64,000 nucleotides of DNA from a candidate division WOR-3 bacterium (GTDB lineage: Bacteria > Hydrothermota > Tepidihabitantia > B3-TA06), in assembly GCA_016934635.1 (NCBI GenBank), contig JAFGSK010000017.1, positions 4,987 through 68,986 on the forward strand, read 5' to 3'. This document shows, in pieces, positions 1 to 9,219 of the stretch. Below the pieces are notes generated by a model. The model saw nothing but the letters and a program-made list of their open reading frames with translations, was not told the DNA's origin and made no database searches. Within the stretch, counting starts at the first letter, position 1. Each line of letters starts with the position of its first letter. A program made the translations under genes and the position numbers.

Positions 1-919
1 GGAGGATGAGATTTCAAAAAGGATAGTTGGACAGGACCATGCCATTGCAGCGGTCGCCCGCGCCATTCGCCGTTCAAGGGCAGGGGTAAAGGATCCTCGC
101 CGGCCCATAGGTTCTTTCATCTTCCTCGGACCCACCGGGGTCGGAAAAACAGAGTTGGCCAGGACCCTGGCGCGTTTCCTGTTCGAGGACGAAAACGCAC
201 TCATAAGGGTGGATATGTCCGAATACATGGAGAAGTTCAACGTCTCCAGGCTCATCGGTGCGCCGCCCGGCTACGTAGGTTACGATGAGGGCGGGCAGCT
301 CACCGAGCGCGTTCGCCGCAGGCCTTACGCGGTGGTTCTTTTTGACGAGATTGAAAAGGCTCACCCGGAGGTTTTCAACGTACTTCTACAGATAATGGAA
401 GACGGACAGGTCACCGATTCTTTAGGCCGGAAGGTGGATTTCAAGAACACCGTAATCATCATGACCTCCAACGTGGGCACATCTGACATTTCTCATTCCG
501 GACCGATGGGGTTTTCGCGCGAGGGTGTCGATGAGAATTACTCAAGGATGAAGGATCGACTGATGGAGGAGATCAAACGCGTGTTCAGACCGGAGTTCCT
601 GAACCGGGTTGACGAAACCATCGTGTTCAAAGCCCTGAATCGCGAATCGATGCACATGATAGTCGAGATACTTATTGCAGAAATCGAAGATCGCCTCAGG
701 GACAAATCCGTAACCCTCAAGCTCGACGACGAGAGCAGGGAGTTGCTGGTGGAGCAGGGATTCGACCCTCAGTACGGTGCAAGACCCTTAAAACGCGCGT
801 TACGCCGGTTACTTGAGGATCCGTTGGCCGAGGAGATTTTGCGCAAGAAACTGGATACTGGACGCCAGATCAGCATCAGACGCTCAGGTCAGAAGCTTGT
901 CTTCGAGGCCGCCAAATGA
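1..919 (+). CDS. ClpC/ClpB-family AAA+ chaperone ATPase, C-terminal (D2 domain) portion; 5' end lies outside the window (reading frame starts at nt 2)
   Basis: Frame-2 translation gives ...[51 protein letters not shown]... (sensor/Walker A of the second AAA module) and a ClpB_D2-small C-terminal region; stop at 917-919. Confidence 0.85.
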   Translation, partial: EDEISKRIVGQDHAIAAVARAIRRSRAGVKDPRRPIGSFIFLGPTGVGKTELARTLARFLFEDENALIRVDMSEYMEKFNVSRLIGAPPGYVGYDEGGQLTERVRRRPYAVVLFDEIEKAHPEVFNVLLQIMEDGQVTDSLGRKVDFKNTVIIMTSNVGTSDISHSGPMGFSREGVDENYSRMKDRLMEEIKRVFRPEFLNRVDETIVFKALNRESMHMIVEILIAEIEDRLRDKSVTLKLDDESRELLVEQGFDPQYGARPLKRALRRLLEDPLAEEILRKKLDTGRQISIRRSGQKLVFEAAK

Positions 920-3156
920 GTTTCTTCCTTTTAGTCTCATTAATAGGGTTGCCGATAGGCCAGGTACGTGTGATTCCTTCCGGGGCTGATGCCAATCTGA
1001 TTACCTCCATATCAGGCCTATATACAGGATTGGAATACACCGATGAGGAGGCCTCAGGAGCCATCCGCAAGCTTTACACCTCGGGTCACTTCGATTACGT
1101 TGCAGTGGATACATCACTTGTTGATTCAAAGGTAAACGTTACCATTCAGGTCGAGCAGCCACCCAAGCTTGCCAGGATCGAGATAGTAGGCAACAGAAAG
1201 TTGAAGACCAACGCCCTGGAAAAGGCGATTGCCGCCGATTCAGGAGCCGTACTCACCGCACGTCAGCTCTTTCGTTGGGAACACGCGATTCGGGAGCAGT
1301 ACAAGAAGAAAAGATACCTCCTTGCCGAAGTAGATACACGCCTTATCGAATCAGACCGGGAAGGATACGCAGTCGCCCGAATCCAGATCCAGGAAGGGAG
1401 CGGGGTCAGGATTCAAAGTATCACGTTCAAAGGCAACCAGAACGTTACCGAGGGAAAACTCAAACGCAGGATGAAGAACCGTTCGAAGTGGTTCATCTTG
1501 CGATCGGGAAGATTTGACGATAAGAAATTCAAGCAGGACATAGATAAGATAGAAGCCTACTATCACGACCGTGGCTGGATTGACGCAAAGGTTACTGAAA
1601 CCGAACTCCCTATAGACTCGGCTGGTAACCTCGACATCGTGATACACGTCGACGAAGGCAAACGTTTCTATACCGGGAGGTTCGTCTTCGAAGGGATTGA
1701 AGCGTTGCCTGAATCGACCCTTACAAAGGCCGTGATACTCGAAGAAAATGAACCCTACAGCCTGATGGATGCCCAGTTATCGGTCGCCCGGATACAGAGG
1801 GCTTACTGGGAAGAAGGCTATATCTACGCTGCTGTGGATCCGCTGGAGAATCTCAGGCGAGATACGGTGGACGTAACTTACCGCATCCGGGAGGGTATTC
1901 CCGCTCACGTCAGGCGTGTATTGATCGAAGGGAACAGTACGGTTAGGGAGAACGTGATTCGCCGTGAGGTGATGCTTCTGCCGGGTTCGGTATTCAAGTA
2001 CTCCCAGGTGGAACGCAGCCAACGAAACATTTACTTCCTGGGTCTTTTTGATGACGTGAGGTTTTACCCCGAGGAGATCGAGGATTCAGAGGGCGAGATT
2101 GATCTGGTCTTCCAGGTCGAAGAAAAGATGTCGGGTCAGTTCGGTGCAGGCATTACCTACAGCGCGGAATCCGGCATTATGGGTAATGTTGAATTGAAGC
2201 ACCCCAACGTGTTCGGCGGCGCTCAAAGCGGTCACATACGCTTCGAGAAAGGCGCTAAAGTCACCCAGGCTTCCATCGGATTGACCGAACCATGGCTTTT
2301 CGATACCCCAACGTCTCTCGGAGGAGAACTCTACTATTACACCCGACGCTATTCCCTAAGCGGCGGTGTTGCCTATGACAAGCAATCCCTGGGTGGTGTG
2401 ATTAGCGCATCTCGAGCCCTGCCTTTGGATTACAGCAGGGGAGGCGTATCGTTCAAAGTGGAAAGGGTAAATCTTGGTGAAGTTGATGGGTATACGTTTC
2501 CAACCGACATCTCCACCGAGGATTACCCCAAGAATACCATCTCTACCACATTTAATCTGACCCGGGATGCCCGTGATTACTGGATTAATCCTGCATCAGG
2601 CTCCTACTTCAAAGAGCAGATAGAATTCGCCGGCGGCCCTCTGGGAGGCGATGTAGACTTTATCAAGGAGATATTGGATATACATACCAACTTCCCCCTT
2701 GCCTGGGAACGTAAGGTGGTTCTGACCCAGAAGATGAAGTTCGGCTACATTACCAGTTACGAGCCAGGAGACGAGGTTCCACTTTATGAGCGGTTTTATC
2801 CGGGCGGTATATCCTACGACGGCATGGTCCGCGGCTACGATAATTTCTCCCTGGGTACGACTTCAGGCTCTTCCTACATCGGCGGTAGGGCGATGACCGT
2901 CTTTAATACCGAACTCAAGGTTAAGGTCACGCCCCAGTTGGCGCTATTGGGTTTCTTCGACGCGGGCAACGCGTGGGAGGACCTGGGCAGGGTGAATCTC
3001 TCCGAGTTAAAGAAGGGAATAGGCGTAGGCATTAGATTCGAGATTCCACTCATGGGTGTGATGGGCTTTGACGCCGGATTCGGCCTCGATTATCCCAAGG
3101 GATCAAGGTTAGCGGATATATTCCGTCCCCACTTCCAGATATCCCAGACCTTCTAG
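916..3156 (+). CDS. bamA: Outer membrane protein assembly factor BamA (Omp85 family)
   Basis: 746 aa, repeated POTRA-like segments, C-terminal beta-barrel ending ...FGLDYPKGSRLADIFRPHFQISQTF (aromatic C-terminus); ATG overlaps the clp stop (ATGA). Confidence 0.85.
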   Translation: MSFFLLVSLIGLPIGQVRVIPSGADANLITSISGLYTGLEYTDEEASGAIRKLYTSGHFDYVAVDTSLVDSKVNVTIQVEQPPKLARIEIVGNRKLKTNALEKAIAADSGAVLTARQLFRWEHAIREQYKKKRYLLAEVDTRLIESDREGYAVARIQIQEGSGVRIQSITFKGNQNVTEGKLKRRMKNRSKWFILRSGRFDDKKFKQDIDKIEAYYHDRGWIDAKVTETELPIDSAGNLDIVIHVDEGKRFYTGRFVFEGIEALPESTLTKAVILEENEPYSLMDAQLSVARIQRAYWEEGYIYAAVDPLENLRRDTVDVTYRIREGIPAHVRRVLIEGNSTVRENVIRREVMLLPGSVFKYSQVERSQRNIYFLGLFDDVRFYPEEIEDSEGEIDLVFQVEEKMSGQFGAGITYSAESGIMGNVELKHPNVFGGAQSGHIRFEKGAKVTQASIGLTEPWLFDTPTSLGGELYYYTRRYSLSGGVAYDKQSLGGVISASRALPLDYSRGGVSFKVERVNLGEVDGYTFPTDISTEDYPKNTISTTFNLTRDARDYWINPASGSYFKEQIEFAGGPLGGDVDFIKEILDIHTNFPLAWERKVVLTQKMKFGYITSYEPGDEVPLYERFYPGGISYDGMVRGYDNFSLGTTSGSSYIGGRAMTVFNTELKVKVTPQLALLGFFDAGNAWEDLGRVNLSELKKGIGVGIRFEIPLMGVMGFDAGFGLDYPKGSRLADIFRPHFQISQTF

Positions 3157-3210
3157 CGATGTTCGAGAGGTGTCGTGCTGCACTTGAATTGATATATATC
3201 GGATGGGTTG

Positions 3211-4026
3211 ATGGTTAAAAAGGTTCTGGTGGTTGATAAGGAGGTAAAGCTGAGGGAGATACTCCAAAAAGTCCTCTCAGAACGCGGTTATGCAGTTGAG
3301 CTCGCCCAAAACGGTAAGGAAGCCTTAAAGATGATCCCGGATTTCAGCCCACACCTTGTGATAGCCGAGGTAGCGCTTCCGGAGATGGACGGATTCGAGC
3401 TTTGCCGCCGGATACGCGAGGACAAACGCTTCGGGGCGTTGCGGTTCATATTCCTCACGGCCAAGGATGCAAGAGAGGATGAGATAGAAGGCCTGCGCCT
3501 TGGGGCTGACGACTATATCACCAAGCCCTTTGACGTTGACAGGCTCCTTGCCCGCGTGGAAACCAGACTGCGCTGGCTCGATGCGGCAAAGGATATGGTT
3601 TGCGGAGAGGTGCGCAGCGAATGTATCGAAGGCGGACTGGCAGGTCGCAATCTCATTGACGTTCTTCAGATACTCGAGATGAGTCAGAAAAAGGGCAGGC
3701 TCACCGTAACCAACGAGTCGAAGAAAGTAATATTGACGGTGGATCAGGGCAGCATACTCTCGGCCAGCTTCGGAAACAAACGCGGCAAGTTCGCTGTATT
3801 CGAGGCTCTTTCGTGGGTCGACGGGCGGTTCAGGTTCGAGCCGGTTTCAGAGGCTTCAGAAGTCAAGGGAGAGGATAATCTCTCCATCACAGGTATACTC
3901 CTTGAGTGGGCGCGCATCGCGGATGAAATAGGCCAAGGCCCTATATTTCCTACCGAGAGGGCCGCGGAAACCAACGGCGTCGCAGCCGACTTCATACGCT
4001 ACGTAAAGGAGCGCGAGGGAAAGTAG
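3211..4026 (+). CDS. Response regulator: CheY-like receiver domain plus C-terminal DUF4388-like domain
   Basis: KVLVVDKE...D...LVIAEVALPEMDGFELCRRIR...FIFLTAKD...DDYITKPFD receiver motifs; C-terminal LIDVLQILEMSQKKGRLTV... resembles DUF4388. Confidence 0.7.
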   Translation: MVKKVLVVDKEVKLREILQKVLSERGYAVELAQNGKEALKMIPDFSPHLVIAEVALPEMDGFELCRRIREDKRFGALRFIFLTAKDAREDEIEGLRLGADDYITKPFDVDRLLARVETRLRWLDAAKDMVCGEVRSECIEGGLAGRNLIDVLQILEMSQKKGRLTVTNESKKVILTVDQGSILSASFGNKRGKFAVFEALSWVDGRFRFEPVSEASEVKGEDNLSITGILLEWARIADEIGQGPIFPTERAAETNGVAADFIRYVKEREGK

Positions 4027-4045
4027 AGACAAGTTATTTCGCGGC

Positions 4046-4074
4046 TTGACATTTCCCTGATTGCCTCTTATCAT
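4046..4074 (+). promoter_or_regulatory. sigma70-like promoter (TTGACA-N17-TATCAT) ending 5 nt before the methyltransferase ATG, suggesting a leaderless or near-leaderless transcript
   Basis: TTGACA 4046-4051, TATCAT 4069-4074, ATG at 4080. Confidence 0.4.
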
Positions 4075-4079
4075 TAACC

Positions 4080-5084
4080 ATGCCGAAAAAGAAGAAAAAG
4101 GTAGAGGAAACACTTCGGACGGGCGTAATCTATTGCGGCGACAACATTGAGGTAATGGAGAGGCTTCCTTCGGAGTCCATTGATTTAATCTACGTTGACC
4201 CCCCCTTTTTTTCCAACAGGCAGCATGAGGTTATTTGGGGTAACGGCGCTGAGTTGCGTTCCTTCGCAGACCGTTGGATGGGCGGCATCAAGCATTACGT
4301 CAACTGGATGCGCGAGCGACTCATGGAGATGCACAGACTCTTAAAGCCTGCAGGTTCAATCTACGTCCACCTCGACTGGCGCGCCGTACATTACATTAAG
4401 TGTGAGATGGACAGGATATTCGGCATTAAAAACTTCCGCAACGAGATAATATGGCATTACTCAGGCTGGAACAAGATACTTAAGGATCATTTTGAGAACA
4501 GAAACGACTCCATACTCTTTTATGGCAAGGGTGATGAACAGGTATTCTTCGGTTATACTATACCCTGGGACAGCGAGGATGAGTATGTAAAGATACGCAA
4601 GCAGAAGGTGAGGACTGATGTCGATGGCCGTAAGTACGTTCTTTCAGATGCTGGCGGAGGTAAACGCATCAAGCGTTACCTTGCGGACGCAATGCGCGAA
4701 GGCAGGCCTGTGGACAATGTTTGGGATATAGATAAGATCAACAACTCATCCAAGGAATTTCTCGGCTACCCTACCCAAAAGCCTGAGGCACTGCTCGAAC
4801 GCATAATTAAGGCTTCATCCAACGAAGGAGATATAGTCGCCGATTTTTTCTGCGGGTGCGGAACCACACTTGCGGTTGCGGAAAGATTAAGTCGTCGGTG
4901 GCTCGGTTGCGACGTTTCACCCACGGCTTGTAAGCTGGTTCAACGGCGAGTATCCAAGCTTAATAAAGGGAGCCGGAAGTTTGAGATTATCGGGATGCCG
5001 GTTACCATTGATGAACTCAAGAAGATGGAGCCTTTCGAGTTCCAGAACCACATCATCGTTGATCTGTTGCACGGCACTTGCTAA
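4080..5084 (+). CDS. DNA methyltransferase, N4-cytosine/N6-adenine amino-methyltransferase family (beta class: motif IV DPPF precedes motif I)
   Basis: ...IDLIYVDPPFFSN... (motif IV) near the N-terminus and ...GDIVADFFCGCGTTLAVAERLSRRWLGCDVS (FxGxG, motif I) near the C-terminus; tail ...FEFQNHIIVDLLHGTC* begins a nuclease-like domain. Confidence 0.8.
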   Translation: MPKKKKKVEETLRTGVIYCGDNIEVMERLPSESIDLIYVDPPFFSNRQHEVIWGNGAELRSFADRWMGGIKHYVNWMRERLMEMHRLLKPAGSIYVHLDWRAVHYIKCEMDRIFGIKNFRNEIIWHYSGWNKILKDHFENRNDSILFYGKGDEQVFFGYTIPWDSEDEYVKIRKQKVRTDVDGRKYVLSDAGGGKRIKRYLADAMREGRPVDNVWDIDKINNSSKEFLGYPTQKPEALLERIIKASSNEGDIVADFFCGCGTTLAVAERLSRRWLGCDVSPTACKLVQRRVSKLNKGSRKFEIIGMPVTIDELKKMEPFEFQNHIIVDLLHGTC

Positions 5085-5363
5085 CGGGTTAAATCCGGCG
5101 ATAGAGGTGTTGACGGACACGATTTCGGACACAATCCTGTGGAGATTAAGCAGCAGGAGGGGGTGGGCAGACCGGTTGTTCAGAAGTTCCATTCGGCAGT
5201 CCTTGCCGAGCGACGAACCAAAGGAATCATCGTAGCGTTCTCCTTCTCGAAGACCGCGCATGAGGAGGTTGCCCGCATCAAGCTGGAAGAGGGGGTAGAG
5301 ATTGAACTGCGCACCGTCCAGGAGTTAATCGCCGACCACTACCGGCGAATGGGCCGCAAGTAA
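5085..5363 (+). pseudogene. Mrr-like (PD-(D/E)XK) restriction-endonuclease catalytic domain, in the same frame as and immediately downstream of the methyltransferase, separated from it by a single TAA (5082-5084)
   Basis: In-frame translation after the TAA: RVKSGDRGVDGHDFGHNPVEIKQQEGVGRPVVQKFHSAVLAERRTKGIIVAFSFSKTAHEEVARIKLEEGVEIELRTVQELIADHY. It contains a G-D-x-G-V-D-G motif and a VQK motif typical of Mrr_cat/restriction-endonuclease domains. The only internal ATG (5139) lies downstream of the catalytic Asp region. Confidence 0.55.
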
Positions 5364-5424
5364 GAAAAAGCTAAGGTAGGCCTGGGGTGTGGGTTTATTC
5401 CCTTATGCTGTTGGATAAGCCGCG

Positions 5425-5452
5425 TTGACATTTGAGCGCTTTACCCTAAAAT
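5425..5452 (+). promoter_or_regulatory. sigma70-like promoter TTGACA-N16-TAAAAT abutting the cysS start codon (predicted leaderless cysS mRNA)
   Basis: TTGACA 5425-5430; TAAAAT 5447-5452; cysS ATG at 5458. Confidence 0.4.
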
Positions 5453-5457
5453 ACACC

Positions 5458-6822
5458 ATGCAGGTCGAGATATACGATACTTTGTCCAGACAGCGCAAGC
5501 CTCTGGAACCAGCCGACAACACCGTCCGAATCTACCACTGCGGGATGACCGTGCAGGCGCGTCCGCACGTCGGGCACCTGCGCGGCTACATCGTTATGGA
5601 CGCGTTCAGGCGGTTCCTGCGCTTCAAGGGCTACGACGTCACGCTCGTTCAAAACATCACCGACATCGACGACAAGGTCATCGAGAAATCACGCGCCGAA
5701 GGTATAGACTGGCGCATGCTTGCCGAGCGTAATACGAAGGAGCTTCTCGACGTCACCTCGGCTCTCAACGTCGAGCCGCCTACCGTCATGCCGCGGGCGA
5801 CCCAGCACATCGAGGAGATAGTAGACCTCGTGTCCAGGATAGTCGATCGAGGCCATGCTTACGAGGTTTCGGGCGACGTTTACTTCGACGTGCGTTCCTA
5901 CCCTAAATACGGGAAACTCTCAGGCAAGAACATTGACGATTTGATGGAAGGCGTACGCAAGGATTTGGCGGACAATAAGCGTGACCCTTTGGACTTCGCG
6001 CTCTGGAAGGCGGCCAAGGAAGGAGAGCCATACTGGTTTTCTCCCTGGGGCAAGGGCCGACCCGGCTGGCACATCGAGTGCTCGGCAATGTCTACCCTTT
6101 ATCTCGGTTCCGGCTTCGATATACACGCCGGAGGAGAGGATCTCGTTTTCCCCCATCACGAGAACGAGATAGCCCAGTACGAGGCCGGCACGGGAAAGCC
6201 TTTTGCAAAAGCCTGGATGCACGTCGAGATGCTCAACCTGCAAGGCGAGAAGATGAGTAAGTCGACAGGCCACGTAGTCACGGCAAGGGACGTGCTCGAT
6301 CTCTACGATCCGAACGTACTCAGGCTTTTTACCCTGCGCGTCCACTACCGCGCCCAGACCGAGTACACGATGGAAGGCATCCAAGAGGCCCGCTCCGCCT
6401 GGGAACGCATTGAAAACTTCCTCGAAGCTGCCCGGTCCGCCTTACCTGACCAATCGGTTGCCTCCTCATACCCGGAGTTCGAGCAAGCGCTCGCAGATGA
6501 CCTGAATACACCTAAGGCCTTGGGTCTTGTATTCGATCTTGTGCGCGAGGGTAACGAGGCATTAGCAGCCGGAAACACTGGAATACTAACTGACGTATCT
6601 GCCAGGCTCAATCTCGCCTTAGGAATTCTGGGATTCAAACCTTCGGATAAGCGAGGTTCGAGCGAGGAGTTGGACAAGGTTCTCGCAATCGTTGCCGATT
6701 TCCGGGCCGAGCTTCGCTCCGCCAAGGCCTTTGACTGGGCGGACAAGCTGCGCGAAAACCTGCAGAAATCGGGTTTAATAATCGAAGACACCAAAGAAGG
6801 AACAAGGATAAGGTTCAAATGA
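5458..6822 (+). CDS. cysS: Cysteine--tRNA ligase
   Basis: MQVEIYDTLSRQ... N-terminus typical of CysS; HIGH-type motif (HVGH) and KMSKS motif present; C-terminal anticodon-binding DALR-like region. Confidence 0.9.
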   Translation: MQVEIYDTLSRQRKPLEPADNTVRIYHCGMTVQARPHVGHLRGYIVMDAFRRFLRFKGYDVTLVQNITDIDDKVIEKSRAEGIDWRMLAERNTKELLDVTSALNVEPPTVMPRATQHIEEIVDLVSRIVDRGHAYEVSGDVYFDVRSYPKYGKLSGKNIDDLMEGVRKDLADNKRDPLDFALWKAAKEGEPYWFSPWGKGRPGWHIECSAMSTLYLGSGFDIHAGGEDLVFPHHENEIAQYEAGTGKPFAKAWMHVEMLNLQGEKMSKSTGHVVTARDVLDLYDPNVLRLFTLRVHYRAQTEYTMEGIQEARSAWERIENFLEAARSALPDQSVASSYPEFEQALADDLNTPKALGLVFDLVREGNEALAAGNTGILTDVSARLNLALGILGFKPSDKRGSSEELDKVLAIVADFRAELRSAKAFDWADKLRENLQKSGLIIEDTKEGTRIRFK

Positions 6823-7556
6823 AAGAACGAGATTCAACGGATTCCGGGGGGCAATCCGGGGATTCGGGGGAGGCAGTACCGTTACAGATAGCTTCAGCCG
6901 AACAACTTGCCCGAATAATCGATGCAGCCATGCTGAAGCCCCAGGCAACGCGCACCGAAGTCGAACACTTCCTTGAGGAAGCACTTCTCTACAACTTCGG
7001 TGTCGTTTTTCTGCATCCTTCGTGGATAGGCGACGCAAGGCAGGTAGTCAAAGGAACACCCGTGAAACTCGGAATTGCCATCGGGTACCCGCACGGGGCT
7101 CACCTTACGGAAACCAAGCTTACGGAGATTGACCAGGGTCTCGAGATGGGCGTCGATGAGTTCGACATGGTTGCCAATATCGGCAGGCTGCGGTCGGGTG
7201 AGCACATGTCCGTGGCAAAGGAACTGGAGCGCTGCCGGCGCAGCATCACGAGCAAGATATTCAAGGTCATTATCGAATCAGGATGGCTCACGGACGAGGA
7301 GAAGAGGCTGGCCGCTCACATCGTAGCGGATGCGGGCGCCGACTTCGTCAAGACCTCAACCGGTGTTACCGCACCCGGGGCTACACCCGCGGACGTTACA
7401 CTCCTTTTCGAGGCTGTCCAGGGCAAGATAGGCGTCAAAGCGTCGGGCGGCATCCGTAACCTGGAACAGACACTTCAAATGGTCAAGGCAGGAGCCGCGC
7501 GCATAGGGACCTCGGCGGGCAGGACGATAATAGAGGAAGCCAAGAAGGGCTTGTAA
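6819..7556 (+). CDS. deoC: Deoxyribose-phosphate aldolase
   Basis: ...DFVKTSTGV...GATPADVTLL...GVKASGGIRNLEQTLQMVKAGAARIGTSAG; conserved Schiff-base Lys context KTSTG; ATG overlaps the cysS stop. Confidence 0.8.
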   Translation: MKERDSTDSGGQSGDSGEAVPLQIASAEQLARIIDAAMLKPQATRTEVEHFLEEALLYNFGVVFLHPSWIGDARQVVKGTPVKLGIAIGYPHGAHLTETKLTEIDQGLEMGVDEFDMVANIGRLRSGEHMSVAKELERCRRSITSKIFKVIIESGWLTDEEKRLAAHIVADAGADFVKTSTGVTAPGATPADVTLLFEAVQGKIGVKASGGIRNLEQTLQMVKAGAARIGTSAGRTIIEEAKKGL

Positions 7557-7638
7557 CGCTCACGATCCTGAGCTGAAGGTCGTAAAGGGCGATACGATCT
7601 GGACGTGAGCATAAACAAAGAAACAGAAAGGGTAAGCC

Positions 7639-8766
7639 GTGGATTGTACGTTGAAACGGGCTCGAGGATTCAGTCTGAAACGTCACTCCTTAATGGAAAG
7701 GAACAAGAATTGTAATCTGGTGACGGTTATCAGTCACATCTGCGGGATCAATGCACAGTCGGCAAGGGCAGCCTATATCTCCCTTTGGTCTCGAGTAAGG
7801 AATTTCAAACGAACTCAATACGACGACGCTTTATACAAAGACAGACGACTCGTCCGTACATGGCTCATGCGCGGTACCGTGCACACCGTCCCGGCAAGCG
7901 AGTATCCAACCTACCAGAAGGCTCTCGAGAGCTACCAGGTTGCGCGGCGTGAAAAGAACGAGTACGATCTCGAGAAAATGGGGTTCGGACTAGACCCCGG
8001 GTCCCGAACGAAACTCGAGGAAAGGATTGTCGAACTGTTGAGGAACGATAACCTCACCGTCAACGAATTGCTCGAAAAGTCCGGATCCATACTTGAAGGC
8101 TTGTCCGAGAAAGGCAGGCGCTGGCGGGTCGTACACGCCGTGAGACTCCTCTCCAACAAGGGAATAATCTGTCATGCCGAACATACAGGGCCATGGTATC
8201 ACTTCAAGGAAAACCGGTTTACGACCCTTGAACGGTGGCTGGGGGGCATGAAACTGGGCGAAATTGACGAGGTTGAAGCGCGTGCAAGGCTTGCTATAAA
8301 GTACTTCGCAGGTTACGGGCCGGCAACGATTGCCGATTTCGCCTACTGGTCAGGGTTGAAATCGGCGGATGCAAAAAGGGCGTTCGAGATGATCAAACCC
8401 AAGCTTGTCGAGGTAAAGGTTGACGGCGCATCCAACTGGCTTCTTGCCCAGGACTCAGACATTCTGGTTGATACAAAAGAGGATAGCGATTATCCTGTAC
8501 GCTTCCTGCCCGAGTTCGACTCGTTAATCATGGGGCACAAGGACAAGAGCCGCATCCTTGCAGACGAGCGCCGCCAAAAGGTCTTCCTGCGCCTGGCGGA
8601 CGTAGCCCCGGTGTTCTTTTTCGAGGGGAAGGTTGCAGGGACCTGGAAGCACAAGATATCGGATAAGACCTACGAACTGGAACCCTTTGAGAAACTCGGC
8701 AAGAAAGAACAGACGTCCGTCGATGAGGAGTTTTCCAGGTTGCGGGAGTTTATGGAGGGGGAATAA
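7639..8766 (+). CDS. Winged-helix DNA-binding domain protein of the YcaQ/AlkZ-like (DUF1006/HTH_42) family, a putative DNA glycosylase
   Basis: ...GINAQSARAAYISLWSRVRNFKRTQYDDALYKDRRLVRTWLMRGTVHTV... resembles the N-terminal motif region of YcaQ/AlkZ family proteins; assignment from memory of the family pattern. Confidence 0.45.
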   Translation: MDCTLKRARGFSLKRHSLMERNKNCNLVTVISHICGINAQSARAAYISLWSRVRNFKRTQYDDALYKDRRLVRTWLMRGTVHTVPASEYPTYQKALESYQVARREKNEYDLEKMGFGLDPGSRTKLEERIVELLRNDNLTVNELLEKSGSILEGLSEKGRRWRVVHAVRLLSNKGIICHAEHTGPWYHFKENRFTTLERWLGGMKLGEIDEVEARARLAIKYFAGYGPATIADFAYWSGLKSADAKRAFEMIKPKLVEVKVDGASNWLLAQDSDILVDTKEDSDYPVRFLPEFDSLIMGHKDKSRILADERRQKVFLRLADVAPVFFFEGKVAGTWKHKISDKTYELEPFEKLGKKEQTSVDEEFSRLREFMEGE

Positions 8767-8806
8767 TACATAGAGACCGCAGAGGTCACAGAGGATGAGA
8801 ACATAG

Positions 8807-8838
8807 GGGCTTGTCTTAAGACAAGCCCGCTTCTTTTC
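8807..8838 (+). terminator. Hairpin (GGGCTTGT-cttaag-ACAAGCCC) followed by a T-rich tract, a likely intrinsic terminator after the YcaQ-like gene
   Basis: 8-bp perfect stem at 8807-8814/8821-8828, then gcttcttttcgg. Confidence 0.45.
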
Positions 8839-8887
8839 GGGCCGACCTGACGCGAAGCGATGCGTCAGCATCACCGTCAGCCCCTAC
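8839..8887 (+). repeat. Copy 1 of a 49-bp direct repeat with internal palindromes (CTGACGCG...TGCGTCAG...CGTCAGCCCCTAC)
   Basis: gggccgacctgacgcgaagcgatgcgtcagcatcaccgtcagcccctac; about 92% identical to the copy at 9170-9219. Confidence 0.6.
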
Positions 8888-9169
8888 GAAGCCCTTTCTT
8901 CGAAAGGGACGTTCTCCCCAGTCAAAGGGGAGATATATTCGGGTTGCGACTCAACACACGAATACCCATCCGCTTGCGGGATTACACTTAGGCTGATTGA
9001 GGGAAGAGAAAGCAATAGCATAATGTTGTGTCATTGCAAGCAACAGCGAAGCGCCGCAAGGCGAAGTTAACGGAGCAATCTCATACGTGTACTTCGCCAG
9101 CGAGACTGAAGTAGGGGCCGACTTTGGCGATTGGACGCCGCTTCGCGTGAAGTTGCCCCAAACAATAAA

Positions 9170-9219
9170 CGGGCTGACCTGACGCGACACGATGCGGCAG
9201 CATCACCGTCAGCCCCTAC
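9170..9219 (+). repeat. Copy 2 of the 49-bp direct repeat
   Basis: gggctgacctgacgcgacacgatgcggcagcatcaccgtcagcccctac. Confidence 0.6.

Noticed and set aside
5139-5363. 74-aa ORF as an independent small gene
   Set aside because: It is in-frame with the upstream methyltransferase and is the C-terminal part of an Mrr-like nuclease domain whose catalytic N-terminal portion lies upstream of its ATG. It is treated as part of a disrupted fusion and not as a stand-alone gene.
5920-6818. Two minus-strand ORFs (154 and 157 aa)
   Set aside because: Both lie inside cysS antisense. cysS has HIGH/KMSKS motifs and a canonical N-terminus.
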